From positions 1 to 35,416 of the forward strand of contig RBNJ01000252.1 in NCBI GenBank assembly GCA_003990765.1: a DNA stretch of 35,416 bases, in the 5' to 3' direction. Shown here piece after piece: positions 35,101 to 35,416 of this stretch; position 1 is the first letter of the stretch, and every line of letters starts with the position of its first letter. Made by a program: the position numbers and the translations under genes. This DNA comes from Jimgerdemannia flammicorona (Eukaryota). The notes beneath the pieces are model-generated. The model had not been told where the DNA came from. It did no database searches and saw only the letters and a list, made by a program, of their open reading frames with translations.

Positions 35101-35416
35101 GTGTGAGGGGTCAGTGGGAGAATCTGTGAGATAGACTGGTGGGAGGGGTTGGAAAGGAATGGTTTACTTTAGGGTAGGTGCTGGCTATATGAGTAGGGTT
35201 GGCAGGATACTGACTGTATATATTTGAGGATGAGAGATATCTGGGCTTAGAGGTATGATTATTGTGATGGGAAGGACTAATGGAGGATACTCTGATGGGT
35301 TGGTGGCATGGGTGGAGACTGTAGAGTAGTTGGTAGCATTGTTTGGTAGAGAAGATATATAGGCAGAGTGGGGGGAGGATTGGGGTCATGGGAGATAGAG
35401 TGGTTTTCATATATGA
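32112..35416 (+). pseudogene. LINE ORF2 remnant (APE endonuclease and reverse transcriptase)
   Basis: SLNVNGL, LLQD, (G)DFN near 32521, APGEDGLP, NWRPIMLLDIDRK, LDQTKAYNHV, GVPQENLLSPILY, FADN (33909-33920), RYLGI, GGLGL. Confidence 0.93.

Larger units (their letters stand above)
29905..35416 (+). mobile_element. Degenerate non-LTR retrotransposon (L1/Tx1-like LINE), running off the window end
   Basis: ORF1-like region followed by APE endonuclease-RT ORF2; strongly G/A-rich sense strand; 5' boundary uncertain. Confidence 0.9.

Noticed and set aside
30004..35410. Ser/Pro/Leu-rich minus-strand ORFs across the LINE
   Set aside because: Antisense shadows of a purine-rich coding strand, with no motifs.
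1..35416. Species-level host assignment
   Set aside because: There are no host genes. A fungal, possibly early-diverging, origin is only inferred from element types and mutation pattern.

Overview
A eukaryotic (most likely fungal; inference) transposon nest with no host genes. A decayed Ty1/Copia element (92-17543, +) carries two insertions. The first, in its RT, is a younger full-length Ty3/Gypsy element A (3861-16348, +) with 2.3-kb LTRs. The second, in its 3' LTR, is Gypsy element B (17544-25685, -) with a 1.55-kb LTR. Next come a probable solo LTR, a hAT transposase remnant, a poly-T repeat array, a second copy of B with its RT core inverted (27286-29900, +), and an L1/Tx1-like LINE (about 29905-35416, +). 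Both Gypsy lineages encode a dUTPase between protease and RT. The main observation is that both lineages also encode a homologous unknown protein of about 260-360 aa inside the U3 part of their LTRs, with shared motifs WxxYEIGxxLCxE and HQ[IV]FRHIPW[AS]I. It becomes visible only after reverting C>T/G>A mutations. Element A also has Cys-rich motifs and an F-box-like motif in its polyprotein. Every element shows heavy C>T decay. All translations and alignments were done by eye, and domain edges are approximate.
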